A stretch of 59,649 bases of DNA from Catajapyx aquilonaris (taxonomy: Eukaryota). Both the position numbers and the translations under genes were made by a program. The stretch is taken from the NCBI GenBank assembly GCA_000934665.2, contig JYFJ02000564.1, forward strand, positions 62,001 through 121,649, given 5' to 3'. Every line of letters begins with the position of its first letter. Positions within the stretch are counted from its first letter, which is position 1. Below are positions 13,201 through 26,900 of this stretch, piece after piece. Below the pieces are notes generated by a model that was given only the letters and a program-made list of their open reading frames with translations, did not search any database and was not told the origin of the DNA.

Positions 13201-16200
13201 ATATGAAACAAACCACAAAAAAATGTAGACATAGGGAATTAACAAGCCGGGGTTGGAAATATTACATGGTACGGTACATACTTAAAAAAAAAAGTACAGT
13301 CCTTCTCTTTACTATAGTCGAGTGGCTGCGAACAGTAATTCTTGTAAAATGTTTTGCTTGCACAAATGAAATGTTGGTTGACATTTTAAGGTATTAAAAT
13401 GAGCTGAAGTGGTAGTATTTTCCAGATAGATTTCGTACGTCAAGGTGCTCACCCCTGAACTATGCAGGGTGCACCAAATGAAATGTCCACCGTGATTAGT
13501 GACTATTGGCAACAAGCATATTATTTTTAAGCATTGTTTTAAGCATTTACTTTTGCACAATTTTAGTGAGCTTCAAAAGTATTACTTGCTAATGTTGCAT
13601 GAACCTATGTCCTATCCTGCGTGGGGGTCTGGCCTGCAAAATGTGGATTTTATCATTAGGTCCGATATGAATTGATCCAAAGATTTTAAAATTAATTGCA
13701 ATTTAGAATATGGATAGGTGCATTGATTTGGCCTAATATTAGTAACTAATACTTTTGATAAGCACAAAATGTTACTTATTTGAAAGTAACATTAAAAATA
13801 AGCAGCTAAAATCCAAAAAATTGCTAACCATTAGACATTTGCACTGAAACTCCCTGTACTGCCTGGCATAAGTTCCACTGGTATCTTAACTAGCTCATTA
13901 GTTTACATGCCACTATGAAAATAGATTTCCAGGTTCCAGAAGTGGGAAAACTGTTTTCAGCTTCATTTCTATGTCAGGAAATGGGGTTTTGTCATTCTCT
14001 CTTGAATTCAGAGATGTCCATTTGTTTCCAAATCAGCGGCAACCATAGAGAAAGAGTGATTTATTGTTTGTTTTTCTTATTTATTTATGTATTGCTTTTA
14101 TTTTTTTACTATTCTTGCATAGATTACAGACCTTAAATTAGAGAGCCTTGAAGAACCTAGAATCTAACTAAAATAGACAAGCAAGATGAATGAAGTCTAG
14201 AGCAGCTAATGATGATAGCAGGATAGCCAACAGTGCTACTTTATGTTTGCTCCCCAATCCCAATGTGAACAGCTGATTTAAGGTGGCGCAGTACCAAAAA
14301 ATATGGTAACAATGGGGAGCCCTGGCGAGGACCCAGACAAATTCGCTTATGCATGGGCAGCATATAGGGATTCGACATGTCTATGCTTCTGTGGCCGTAC
14401 GGCCTTAAAAATGGTGCAATCGACACAAAAATTGCACCAGAAATAGTAGATGATCTGGCGCAGGGCACCTAGTTCGTCTTTTTTCAATTTACGGTCTAGA
14501 AATAACCTTTTCATCAAGTTGAAGTGAGAGGCAAATGCCGTTCCCGAAAAGCCCATTCGAATAACACGGCGGCAGGAAACGCGACAAAGTCCAGCACGCT
14601 TCTGTGCCCGTATGTCCAAAATTTTAATGCAATCATATCGAGTATGGTACCATTGTATAGGTCAAACCTTTGCACAGGACACCTAGTTGATTTTTCAGAT
14701 TAATGGTGCGTTTCGCGACAAAAAAATAAGTTTTCTTCGAAACGCGCCTACCGTATTTTGGCTACTGCGCCGCCTTAAGTTCAGGAGACTGTTTTACCAG
14801 TTCTGAACTTCATCACTTGCCTTTGTCGTGACATGTAAACGGAAGGTGGATCTTGCATCCTTTTGTTAAGTCTTGGCTAGCTTTTTCTAGAGCTTTTGCT
14901 AGTCAGGATTCTCCCATAAGTGTTCTCTGGGTTACCAAGGTTACTTGTTGTTGATAGCGGAATTGTTAACTAGCAGAAGGATGACCTAAGGTCTGATCGT
15001 ATGACTCTCTGTGGGTATGATTGGTTGAGGATGGATATCCCAGAGAATAGGGTGTTGAGAATTGTTTATAGAGAAGTGGTTTGTCAAAAGAGTGGCACCA
15101 ACAGCATTTTACCTGTTACTCTGGTATCCCAGGGACGGCTGCAGAATGTGCTCTCCTTAGCAGGCTAAAATAATGCTTTCTGCTATGGTCAGAGGACCAT
15201 GTAATGGTAAGTCTTTGGAAGATGACAGGCGAGTGTGTGGTCAGCAGTTAGGAACAGCTTGGTGTGGGTTGGTATGACAACCGTGCATTGAAACTGATGC
15301 TGAAGTATGCATATTTTGGCTGTGTGACAGACCTGGGAAAAGGGGTGGACAAGAACCAGTGGAATAAACAGCGTAAGGGGATGATCAGGTTCACTGAGCC
15401 AAATTTGCAGTGAATGCAGTGCCTAATGGATGCAGGTTGTTGAATGTTGGTGCGTGGAGTGGTGGAGAACTAGATCTAAGTATGGTATCTGTGGCAAAGC
15501 ATATCAGAACCTCTTAGTGATCAAGTGATTGTACATATGAGAGATATGACATGGATTTTGAGTGTTTTGGGTGAAGGTACTCAGATGAGCATGAAAGTAC
15601 CTACCCAATCTGCTTACTGAGTGTTTTCATTTATTTTCTACCTGAACATTCTATTATTTTCACTGAAATGTAACTTGGATCTGCTACAACTGTTCAGTTA
15701 TATAATTTATTAAAGGTGCGGTTTATTAGCTTTATCTGGTGTGTGATATTGGAATTTGTTTATTTTCGCATGTGGTGAAGAAGAAAATTTTCTGAGGCCA
15801 GAAGATTTTACATTTGTTTTCTGGCTTCAGGATGCAAAATTTTTCCAACTGTCAGGCGTATCTCTTTATATGATAGTCAGTTTGAGCACTTCAAACTGGC
15901 CCTTACCACAAATTTTTGTGAGAGAAAATATCCAGCTTTAAGTTCTCTAGTCTGTTAATTTCTCAGTGGCATAAATAAGTTTTGGTGATTTTGGTTGCAT
16001 AAGTAAGCAAAAAAGTAAAGGGATGGGCCTGAGGAAAAATGCCCCCTTGAAGCAAAAAGAAGACCAAATGCCACCACCATAAGGGTGTGGTTGTTGCAGA
16101 CGAGGAGTAATTTGTGGACACACCACCTGTGTTTTCTTTCCTGCCAGGTGTAAAGTCACCCACAGGACACTCAGGGTCTCCATTAAAGCGCACACATTCC

Positions 16201-17935
16201 ATGACACATGGTGATAAAGCTGAGAAGCCTTATGTGGAAACCAAAGGGACACCCGAGCATCATCATGGGAGGGAGCACAGGTCAGTTGTGTCCTCATTTT
16301 GTAGCGGGTGCAACGTAACACTTTTGCGCAGTGAGGGTTAAGCAGTCGAAGATCATGCACAATTCAGTTGAAGTGTCACATACTTTCCTGTGGCATGTTG
16401 GTAGTCCTTTCCATGTCCAATTTTTATCAGTAAGAATCACTAAATGCACACTTCCCAAGTGCAACTCCCCTCCCCCTTTTTGACCTCTTCACTGTACAGT
16501 GTTGGTCATATATCGAGGCAACTGCCTGCGACATTGTCCGAAGTGGCAGAAGAAGGAATCGAAGATAAGGATATTTCAAACATGGGCGAGCAAGATTCCT
16601 TCTTCTGCCGCTTCGGAAAATGTCGCTGGCAGTTGCCTCGATATATGACCAACACTGTACCAACAAGAGTTGTGTATCTGTACAATTATTCTTTTGATGC
16701 ACATGTGAGCCAAATTCTGAATCACGGTACTATGCCTCACTGGCTTGCAGGTTTCCGTACTAGTGACTGCAATTGATTATATGACTTATTATCAGTCACT
16801 TTTCACTATTTTGTTCTTGCAGCAGATACGAAGAGGGGGAGGAGTTCATCATTCATCATTCGCATGGTGTCCCCACATTATCTAGTGTGGCTAGGTCTGC
16901 CTCACCTGCCTCAGATGAGCCCCTCTACATGGCACAATTGCGTCCAGCAAAAGAAAAGTTCAACACTGATACCAAGGCTGAGGAAAGAGGGGAGGACAGG
17001 CGAACAGCAGGAACCTCATCATCCTCTTCATGCAGTGATCTTCCACCAGCAGGTATGGAGAGACAGCATATGCCCTATTTATTATGTTGAATAGAAAGAA
17101 TAATAGTAAGGGTTAAGTGGGAAGCTTACATTTGTCTCATATTTTCCTGCAGGCAAGCCAAGTAACTGGGATGAGCACAAGCGGTCATCATATGCTGGCC
17201 GTCGTTCTCGTCGCAATTCCCTCTCTGACGACTCGCATCTGACAATCGAGAACTTTGGAGGAAGCCAAGAAAACCTGCACATGCTGATGTCACGAAATCC
17301 TGATAAGGAGCAACAGGTGGTAGTGCACAGTGGTCGCCGCCCTCCCTCAGGGTCTGCTGGGTCGGTGGGGACAAGCCGCAGTCGCAGTCCAAGCCTGGAT
17401 GATGATCGCTACCACCAAGAGAAGAAAGATCTAGAGAAGGCTTTCATGGGAAGGGTAAGTGCACTCACTTATTTGTTCATAACGTCAGTAGAATTTGATC
17501 ATGTTGCAGTAATTAAGATTGGAAATTCTGCCCGTGGAAGTCTATAACAGTTTAATGTTCATGACATGCAGGTTGTGTTGGATGAGGATGAACCTGACCT
17601 AGTGGGAGGCAGGGAGACCCCTGGTGGCAAGCAGATAGTGATAATTACAGACCAGGCCCTGGACAAGGCCAGCAGTGTGGGTGGCAGCAGTAGGGGGTCA
17701 GGCTCTGGTAGTAAAGCAACCAGCTTCGCTGAGTTGTCCAAAGTGAGAGAGCAGCTTGGTGGGGGAGGGATCAACATTGTGTACATGCAGCATGACCGGG
17801 AACAGGACAGTGCCTCTACGGCTGCTGCCCTAAACTCTTTAGCATCTGGGAGTAAAAGTGGGAGTCGACCTGGGAGCAGGAGCAAGGGAGGAGAGAAGAG
17901 GACTTCTTTCACTCTGCCAGCAGCTGCTACCACCA

Positions 17936-17967
<32 letters not shown>

Positions 17968-20900
17968 AACAGTCATTCCACTCTGGGTCATCCTGGGAGG
18001 GACGCCAATGTTACCACAGGTACTCCTTGTTTTTTTGCATTGTTATAAGGTGTCTTCATCTTAATGGCGTGAAATGACTGGGACTGAAATTGACTTTGAG
18101 CAATACTTTTCTGGTTCTTGGAATTTATCATGTATTACATAAAATTAACATGGTGGGTTCTGAGTGATTGGCAATCTGGCCAAGTGCTGCTTGACCTCAG
18201 GGCAATTGATTACTCATTCTAAAACTTGTGATTGCCTTGGAGCTGGAAGAAAATCGTCCCGTTTTAATAGTAACATAAAAATGAAAATGAGTCGGTCAAT
18301 TATATGCGTAATATGTTTGAGCTTACATGAGTAGCCTAATGAAATATCTTGAGCCGTCTATGGATTTCACTCCAAATCTGGTTGATATAAGAATTCTGGA
18401 GCCAACAGGAATATACGTATTTTGGACCCCATATGTTGCATTTTTAGATCCAGTCAGCGTCATCATAATTATCTGTTAATCAACTGTTGGTAATAATATT
18501 GTCAGAGATTTGTTAGCAAGCATAGTACTCCATCCAACTGGATTTAATGGGCCTTTCCAGTGTTAGTAATAAGATTACTGCTCATTTATCCTCACGTGTT
18601 CAGACATTTCTTTTGTTGTGTGTTGTCAAAGATTTTGTCCAATTACGAAAGCACTTTTGCTTTGATAGAAACCAAACTTAATAGGGGATAGGTGTGAACT
18701 GTCAGAAACCTCAGGATTTTTTACTGTCTGACTTTCATTTGAATTAATTATGCTTGTGTGTGGCATCCAGTCCAAAAAAATTACATTAGGTTGTGTCAGG
18801 GACACAAGCTGCAGCTTTTGCCTGCATGCCCCCTGATCCGATTTTAAAGATGTATCCACGTCAAAATGGCATATTTTTCTTGTGTGGTTGTGACACTTTC
18901 CTCCTGTGTGCTTGTCGAGGATCTAACATTGTGAATCAGAGGAATTCTCAATGTGCCAAATGTTATCATGGCCACCCTCACTTGTATTTAGTATGAAAAA
19001 GTGGCCATAATAACACTTGGCTGGTTTTAACTTTTCCTAGTCATTGCGTCATGGGTACTTGGGATTTTAAAACTTATTGCATGACTGCAAGACTGGTGGT
19101 TCTTGGTGTAGTGTACTTAATGAAGTGAATTTGTGTGCAGAGGAAGTTCCACAAACCCACCTGATGGCCTCCCAACTCCACAATATTCGGCTGAAGCTGG
19201 AGGAGAGGCGCAGACGAATTGAAGCAGACAAGAAGAAGATTGAAGTGGTAATGAGTAGGCAGAGGCAGAAGATGGGAAAAGCTGCCTTTCTTCAAGCAGT
19301 AGCTAAGGTAGATTGTGCAAACCTTGATCCTACCTTGTCAGCTCATTTAAAACTGAGCCGTAACTACTGGTTTGATGGATTTGGGAAAATCTGGGTTTGT
19401 AATTTTGGGGATATTATAATAATTATATACCCTGGTGGAGGTGGTACAGTACAGTAATGTTGAGAGAGGTGATGGAGCACATACATTTGGCACACTTATT
19501 ACACTATTTTTAAATGTGTGGAAAATTGTAAATATCTACTTGGGGTATTTATGCTAGAATGTGTTTAAATTTACTCCTGATCAAGGAATTGATCAATTAT
19601 AATTATTTTTGGGTCAACCATCTAGAAAAACATTCACACATTTTCCATAGTTTGCAGAAAAGTTTCTTGGGGTAAATGTGCTGATAAATATTTTTTCTGA
19701 TGGAATGTTTCTCTGACATTAATGCAAGGTGACTGTAAGTGACCTATAAAAATATTCCATGAAAAACCTGACCTGTTGATGTGTGACACACACTGTTTTT
19801 CCACCCACATAACACTACAGGGAAAGAGCCCCTCATCAGGTTCTGAAAGCTCGGACACACCTGGAACAGGAGAACCTAACTCTATCATGGTAGATTCAGT
19901 GGAACCAGTTCCGGTTACTAAACCTCAGAGGCCTTACTCACTTCAGGTATCCAGCAAGTCAAGTGTTCGTGGCTGGCATGCCAATTCATTTGTGTTTGTT
20001 TCACCAATTTTATTAGGCTTTTTGTCTGGCTGGGATATAATATATTAACACAGTAACATGCTGAATTTTTTTTGTTCCTAAATATTGGGGTTTACTAATA
20101 CACAGTAACCTCAATTTTATAGTTTCTGCATGGCAGCAGGACATAATTATGATTATGGCTTTTAAGCATGCTAGAGTAGCGCAGCACTTTTTGCCAGATG
20201 TGTTTATGTTCCCCAAGAATTTGGGCTACCAACGAGATGTTCATATTATTCAATGGTACTCTCTTTTTATCCCAGGAGATTAGTGAAGACTTGTCATGTG
20301 TGCAGCACAAATGGTTCGAGAGGGATGGCACAGTACCATTTGTGGAAGAGAGGAAAACCCCTGACATCGAGAGCATGGACTTTGACCAGTACCAGCAATC
20401 ATTGGCTCAGTATGTTACTTGCTATGAACTTGGTGATAGATGGTGTGGGCTTTCTGTTATTGGATCATACACTCTATCTATAAGGAAATGGAAATGTTAA
20501 ATTGATTCAACTCCGGCAATTTACCATGACTTCTCTTCTACAGAATGGACACTAGCTTGCATGAGCTGCAGTCTGATATTCAGAGGTTGACAATGCAACA
20601 GCAACAAATACAGCAGGTGATGAGTGGAGCAAATGTCAACCATTCAGTAGCATCTTCCATAGCATCCACTGCACCTTCCATGGCTAGTGAAACACAGCAG
20701 CAGCAACAGCAGCAGCAGCAACAACAACAGTTACAGCAGCAACAACAACAACAGTTACAGCAGCAACAGCATCAACAACAGTTACAGCAGCAGCAATCAC
20801 AGTTTTTCTTGCATGATCAGAGCCCTAGAAGGAGTTGGGGTCAGCCTCAACCAATTGCCATCCAGCAGCAACAGCAACCCATGATGGAGATGGATTCTGG

Positions 20901-23900
20901 AGGAATGTACAGCCAGAACACACCTCCTAGAAGAGCAACCTGGGGACAGCCACAGCCTGTCAGGTATGACAGCTTTCTATTGCGTTTTTACTGCTGTGAT
21001 GGATTTAGGTCGAATGGGCTATGCTCTACGACAGTTAGGCTGTGCCCAAGATAATTGAACAGGTGAGTGGAAGAAGGGTAACATTCCAAAAGTATAGCAA
21101 TAGGGAATTACACTGACATAGCCATTTTGTAAACAAAATATATTTTGGGATTGAACACTTACTGACTAGACCTACAATTACCTCCATAGTAACTTTTTCA
21201 ATAAACTTAATTTATCAGTTAACTTCTTTGTGTTGTTTTCCCAAAAACAGAGAAACTGGAATACAATCCTTATTTTGCTCACCCATTCAATTACTCCCCT
21301 TATTCCCTATGTTTCGGGTGTGGCAGGTTGAAGTTGAACCAGACAATTTTTGCACTTGGAAGGCAATGTCACTTGTGCATTGTAGTACACGGTATCCTGA
21401 TAAGTCAAAACCTGTGTATGGCAAAGTGAAACCATTTCTCCAATCTAGCTTCTGGAAAAACCTGAGGAATTTCACTGTTATTAATAATCTGAAGCATCGA
21501 AATAATTTTTTTGTTCAATTGTTTTCCCCCTCAGACTGATTATGAATACCCACCAAGGCAGTGGCAGTCAGCCATCCTACTCTCCATACCCAGAACCACC
21601 CCAGAGCTACCACATGCAGCCTCCTCTCCAGCAGCCGCCAGACCACCATCAACAAATGGGATTCTCCTTACACCACCAATCTCAACAACTGATACACCAA
21701 CAACCGATGCACCATCAATCGCAGCAGCAGCAGCAGCAGCAGATGCACCAGCCGCACCCATCCCTTCCTCACCACCCCACTGCATACCAGAACGGTGGAG
21801 GGAGTGAGTCCCCATACTACTATGGTGGCACCAATGCCAGTTACCCGTCATATAGCATGGGCTACCATCCCTACCAACCACCTCCCCCTCCAGCCCCAGC
21901 TTCAACAGCCCCTACCCCTCCCCCACCTCCCTTTCGCCTCCACACCTCCCACTCAGCTGCTTCCTCCTCCGCCACCACCCCATCCCCCCACACCACCACA
22001 GCTTCTTCCTCTCGGTTTGACAGCCCATCCAGGCAGTCTCCATCCAGGACATACAGCAGGGAATGCTCACCTCAGCCTAGAAGTGGTAGTACCCCTCACC
22101 ACCATGTCCCTCTTCCAACCCCACCAGTGGATGACATGGAACCCCAAAGTGTTTCCTTTATTGAGACTCCTGAGGGTGTGGAACAAGGAAGTGGTGGAGG
22201 GAGTGGGGCTAATTTACCCAGGAGACTCCAAAGGATGAATATCTCATCTGGGAGCAGGACTTACAGGGTTGTTGGAGAAGCTGGGTCACCGCCCAGGCCA
22301 GGGATCACGCGTGTATTTTCTGGAACCACAGAGGGACAGGAGGTATTTTTTAAAGATTTTTATAAGATTGTGGAAGACTCTTTTTGGTTCATTAACAGTT
22401 TGTGTAATTTGTGTGAGATAATGTCATCCAGAAAAGAGGAAGCTATAACGGCTAACGTGAAAATCGTTCAGATGGTTTTTAACATTCTGAAAGATGCTTG
22501 CTACAGAATTGTTTAAAATTTTATGGTCTCAGGATGATTCCTGTGTTAGGGACCACAGGATTTTTAAAAGACCAATTTTCATACTATAAGAAGAAACATC
22601 CTGAAAATTGTGGCATCTTAACAGGAGGAAGGTGATGAGGATGTGAAGACAGAACAACTGAAGGATGGGGTGACACCAGAGCATGGATTTTACATTTCAT
22701 TTGACGACAGTCCTAAGCGTCCTAAGCCACCTCTGCGCCAGAGAAAGTCTTCCCCAAAGAAGGTGCCACCTTCTCCACAGTCATCTGCCAGCAGTAGTGG
22801 GGGAGGTGGAGGTGGATATCAGGAAGACTATCCCGCTGTAAGGACACTAATCTCGCGCCTTGATGATTTCTGCAGTCCTCTCAACCTGATTTTTGGTAGG
22901 GGGAGCAACAGTGAGGGAGAGAAAGTAGAGCTGGCAATAAAATACACTTTTTTTGTGCCCAAGATAAGTCAGAGTGATTGCAATGTATCTTTTATCTTCC
23001 CCACATTGCTCCTTCTGACCACACTCGGGCTATGAGTACTGGCTTTTGGATTGTGTTTTTCCTGGTTTGAGAATGTCAGTGTGTTATTTGTTTGTTTGTT
23101 TATTTATTTTTTACTGGGAGTATGTGCATGCAGCCCTTTGACTATATTATACCTGCCTGGGACAAGATTGTGATTTTGTCGTCCTGTAATTTTTATAGGC
23201 ATTATTAGGGGGATTGGTAATTTAATTTTATCATTGTGAAGTTATGTAGCTTCATTGCTTACTGCTATGATTTTGTTGCGTTTTCCTATCAAGGGTTGGT
23301 CTGCTCAGGCTATGTACAACAAGAGGTCAGTGGGTGAAGTGTCTGGGGAGCCACCACCTGATGGTCAGCAACATGTTGGGAGGGTCAGCAGTAGTGGCTT
23401 TGTGGTGGATCCCAATGTCCCCCTGGAAGAAATGGCTGCTGTTGTTCCAGATGAAGGTGTCAAGAAGCAGGCTCCTGGGGTTGGGCTGGTCATTGGGAGT
23501 GAGCTAATCAAACCTGATCCCGTGAGTGCAGAGGGGCTTTTTCCATTCCATTTTATTTTATTTTATTTTATTTGCTCTGTCATTCTAAGTTTATTGATTT
23601 GTTTTCTTTCATTTGGTTATGAAGCATGTTGAGCCTACTGAACTGACCAACCTGTAGTGGATGTTGTTTTTATTTTCCTATTGCACACCTTTTCCACCAT
23701 GTTCAGAATGCCCTTGACGAGATGGAGCGCAAGAAGGAGCGCATAATGCTTCTGTCCCTCCGTCGCAAGCAGCAGCAAGAGGAGGAGAAGCAGCAGAAGG
23801 AGATGGAGTCTCAGCGGAGCAGGGAGTTGCACAAGGCCAAGGAAGAGGAGAAGCTTCGCAAAAAGGAGGAGGAAAGGGCCAGGAGAGAGTCCATCCTGGA

Positions 23901-26900
23901 AAATCACAGGAGGAAAAAGGCCATGGAAGAGGCAGAAAGGGAGGTGAGTGCTGGGAAAGATTACAATTCTGTCCAGAACATGACATAACCATGTCCGAAG
24001 TCCTAAGAGTAAAACATTCCTTATAGTGTACTGTTTATATCACGCAAAATTCTTATTTACTCAGTATCCTATTGCATCACACTTTCGACCCATTCCCAAG
24101 CAGGTATTCGATAAAAGTCCGTATAATTCTTATTTAAGTTTAACAAAAACTATTGCAAAAGAGTCAGAAAATAAAGTGTAGAAGAATGTAGTACTGTACA
24201 ATAACTTTTTCATCCCCAGGGTAAAATATTGGACATGCCTGAACCAATAAGTGCCAAACCAGTGCCTAAACTTCGGTCGAAGGGGTCTGCTTCTCGTCCA
24301 CGGCCAAAGACCATCCATGTAGACAACAATGCCAGTGACCAAGCCAGGGACCTTTCCCTCTCAGCTAGCAGGGGGAAGCTCATGGGCTCAAACAACAACC
24401 TGGCAGGTAAAAGATAGAGTGACGGGTTTTTAAAAATACACTGTAGGGATATGTGGAAATGATTTTACCAGGGGCACTAGCACTCATGAATTCCTTTCTG
24501 TGGCACTGATGGTGCTCATTCAGGAACCTTGAGTTGCTACAGAATGATTCCAGACTCTGGCTGGAATAGTGCCTCATGTATGTTAGTGAATAATTACGTA
24601 CCCCTAGGACCAGTTGTACTATCAGTCCAACAAGAATTGTCGCAGCGGCAGCGCACGAACTACAATCTACGAGCACAGGTATACGAGAGACTGTAGTTCG
24701 TGCGCTGCCGCTTGCGACAATTCTTGTTGGACACCAGGTACCAGCGCAAGATTCAGTAAGAATCTGACATTCTTACTTTAAGGTGTATTCCAATATAAGG
24801 AGTCATAGTTTTCTCCAAAGCTGTGCAGCAGTTTTGGATGCACAGACACTATAATGGCAAATAAATTTTTTATGTGAGGCAGTGTAGCTTGTTCACGATG
24901 TTGGAGAAATATGTGAAGGTAAGTGGTTATTATAAGTTGCCTGGTGTAGTGTAAATTGTTGGAATGACTGTGCACTGATTTGATTTTTTGTGTTTGTTTT
25001 GCACTATAACCAGAATTTAGTTTGACTTGATTGAGTTTGTTGCGTTTTGTGCATGAGTTTTCGTTTTGTTTCTTGGTTATGCAGAATACAAATCACCTGG
25101 GTTCAGGCGGAGTGAAGGGCGGAGGGGTTCCAACCAAAGCCTGACGGGTGGAAGCCTCAGCCGCAGAGGATCTAATGCCAGTTTATACTCTGGTATGTCC
25201 CTTATTTTACAATATAGACAGTGGCACAAGTTTCAGTCTCATATGATGAGGTCAATTGTAATGCACTAAACCAGGGTATTCAACATTTTTGTTGTTACAC
25301 AACCCATTTTTCTCAGCTAACTTTTCTACAACTGACAAAAACCCTGCCAATTTTAACAACCATTTCTAATTTCATTCATCGAAGTTTTATTAAGATCTGA
25401 TAAATTGACGATGAAATGCAGAAATTCAGCTTGCCGTCCTCTCCTCTGCATCTCAAACAAGTATAGAAAATATGTGCCCTAAATTTCATGCCTCGCTTTT
25501 GATCGTGCACGCACCTAAAATGCAATATTAGATTTTTAATTACTTTCTGTTTGAATAAATTTGCTTTGCAAGCTATAAGTAAACTGAAAGATGTGTTGTT
25601 CAGTGCTTCAATGTGATTAATTTTTGTGCTTGGCGCCTGTTGCATGCAGATGTGTCAGTTACACCAGACTCTGGCAAAGGAACCTGGAGCAAAGGGTCCA
25701 GGGGACGCAGCCGGTCAAGCATGTCTCTCAATGAAGGTAAGGTGTTCCTATGTGCAAAGTGTATAGCTTTTTATATGTTCTAATTTTGTTGGCAGATTGT
25801 AGGTATTCATGCTCTCTTATGCTTTACGTGTGACAGCCATTAATTTGTACTTACTTGAAGTACACCATGGCTATACACACTGGATTTTCAGGCACTAGAA
25901 TGTTTAGGGATTTTCCCTCTAAGCTTTTTGAATGATTGCAAGTTCAGTGCACATGCTTGGTAATATTGTACATACAGTTGAATTTTTTCCTGCTTCCTGT
26001 ACATTTTGTGTCTAAACATCACAGGTGAACTTGTTATTAAAATGTGGCAATAGCAATGACTGTCTGATCACATCAGCACACTTTGGTGATTCTCTCCTCT
26101 TGTAGATTCCCCAGCTCGTTACGCCCGAACCTTACACGGAGGTCACTCGGGCAGACGAGACTCGTCTCTGTCCACTGCGAGAGGTATCAGTTGAGCTCTT
26201 CCTCCCATCTTTTAATATACCTAATACATAATTACATTAACCATAATGTGAAAAGGAGTACTACTGTGGCCTGTGCCACCTCCACGTGATAATATTTCTG
26301 GAGATGATTTTGTGACCTGTAATAAGGGACCTCAAGTCACTTGCCACTAGGGCATTAATTGCCTGATCCATATGGCAGTGTGAGATGAATGAACTGTTGC
26401 ATGCCAGTTTGTGTGTGTGTGTGTGCATGGATTCAGTGTGACCAAATTAGTAGCATTTGTAGTTAATTTTAGCTCCCTTCAATGTGTATTGGCACACTTA
26501 TGTCTTGAAGCACCTCTTTATGGCTTTCTCGCTCGTAGGATAGCATTAAGCTATGTATGCGTGAATGTTATGCAGTGGCATGTCAAGCATTTGTTTTCCA
26601 ATGCATAGCAGCATCTACTGGGGTGAGGAAAGGCAGTTACTATGACTCCTGGGAGAGTCTGTCAGGAGGTTATGGCGGATGGAAAGGGTCCAACACTTCT
26701 CTACTGGATGGTGAGTAGTAGCACTGGCTGTCCCCCCTTCTTTTGTGGGACTTGCACAATTTTTCACTTCACTTATTCAGTCAATTACTCTTGAGGCCCT
26801 TTTGGTAGTGGTGATGGCTTATTGGTCGATATAATTTCACGTTTGTTTTTTTGGCCAATTTTGGTTGGCCATAGTGGCAGGTGAGGAGGGTTTTTTTTTT

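Noticed and set aside
14790..15600. Possible decayed retroelement sequence
   Set aside because: Composition differs from flanks but there is no recognisable RT/endonuclease motif or ORF; needs BLASTx.
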